Assembly: GCA_050331735.1 (NCBI GenBank)
Contig: JBHJGN010000007.1
Location: forward strand, 32,001-96,000
Direction: 5' to 3'
From: Cyanophyceae cyanobacterium
Lineage (GTDB): Bacteria; Cyanobacteriota; Cyanobacteriia; Cyanobacteriales; JBHJGN01
Length of the DNA: 64,000 nt
Position 1 is the first letter of the stretch. The number at the start of each line of letters is the position of its first letter. A model generated the notes under the pieces. That model made no database searches. It saw only the letters and a list, made by a program, of their open reading frames with translations, and was not told where the DNA came from. This document shows, in pieces, positions 63,717 to 64,000 of the stretch. A program made the translations under genes and the position numbers.

Positions 63717-64000
63717 ATGAAACAGCTCGACTCTAACTTGGTGCACAAAAGTGCGATCGCGCTCTCTCTAGCTCTTGGTTTATCCATTGCTCAACCCGTG
63801 CTCGCTCACCATCCCTTCGGTGCAGAAACCCCCAGCAATTTGTTAACAGGGTTTCTGTCGGGGGTAGGTCATCCAGTCATTGGTGTCGATCATCTTGCTT
63901 TTGTGATTGCCGTGGGGTTACTCGCTGCTATTACGAAGAGAGGAATCCTCATCCCCGTTGCCTTTGTGCTAGCAACAATGGCCGGAACAGGTGTTCATCT
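63717..64000 (+). CDS. hupE: HupE/UreJ family (probably cobalt) transporter, runs off the window end
   Basis: Manual translation MKQLDS...VLAHHPFG...GFLSGVGHPVIGVDHLAFVIAVG; downstream of the B12 riboswitch. Confidence 0.85.
   Translation, partial: MKQLDSNLVHKSAIALSLALGLSIAQPVLAHHPFGAETPSNLLTGFLSGVGHPVIGVDHLAFVIAVGLLAAITKRGILIPVAFVLATMAGTGVH

Overview
This is a 64 kb cyanobacterial chromosomal segment, judged from frequent HIP1 octamers GCGATCGC, ndhL, chlI, cphBA, a c6-like cytochrome and tRNA-Leu(UAA) with a group I intron. It spans the probable replication origin (dnaA-oriC-dnaN). Most genes are housekeeping: gor, ilvC, tamB, trmD, cphBA, rsmG, ligA, mlaFD, chlI, def, ubiA, ppx and a B12 riboswitch ahead of hupE. 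Five accessory elements stand out. (1) A 1532-bp non-autonomous IS200/IS605-family element sits precisely inside an amidase gene. It carries tnpB with intact RuvC motifs and an in-frame palindromic insert, plus an unannotated divergent 45-aa ribbon-helix-helix gene; the two start codons sit in an inverted repeat around a leaderless-type promoter. (2) A DNA phosphorothioation locus (dndC, dndD, a DndE-like ORF, a decayed second DndD-like ATPase) is split by a frameshifted Y1/RAYT-type transposase flanked by REP-like inverted repeats. (3) A degenerate vapBC pair overlaps a three-domain thymidylate synthase (MtrA-like + ThyA + DUF4346-like). (4) There is an AT-rich acyltransferase gene. (5) Several families of MITE-like and mini-hairpin dispersed repeats occur. 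All family assignments come from motif recognition by eye; no database searches were run.
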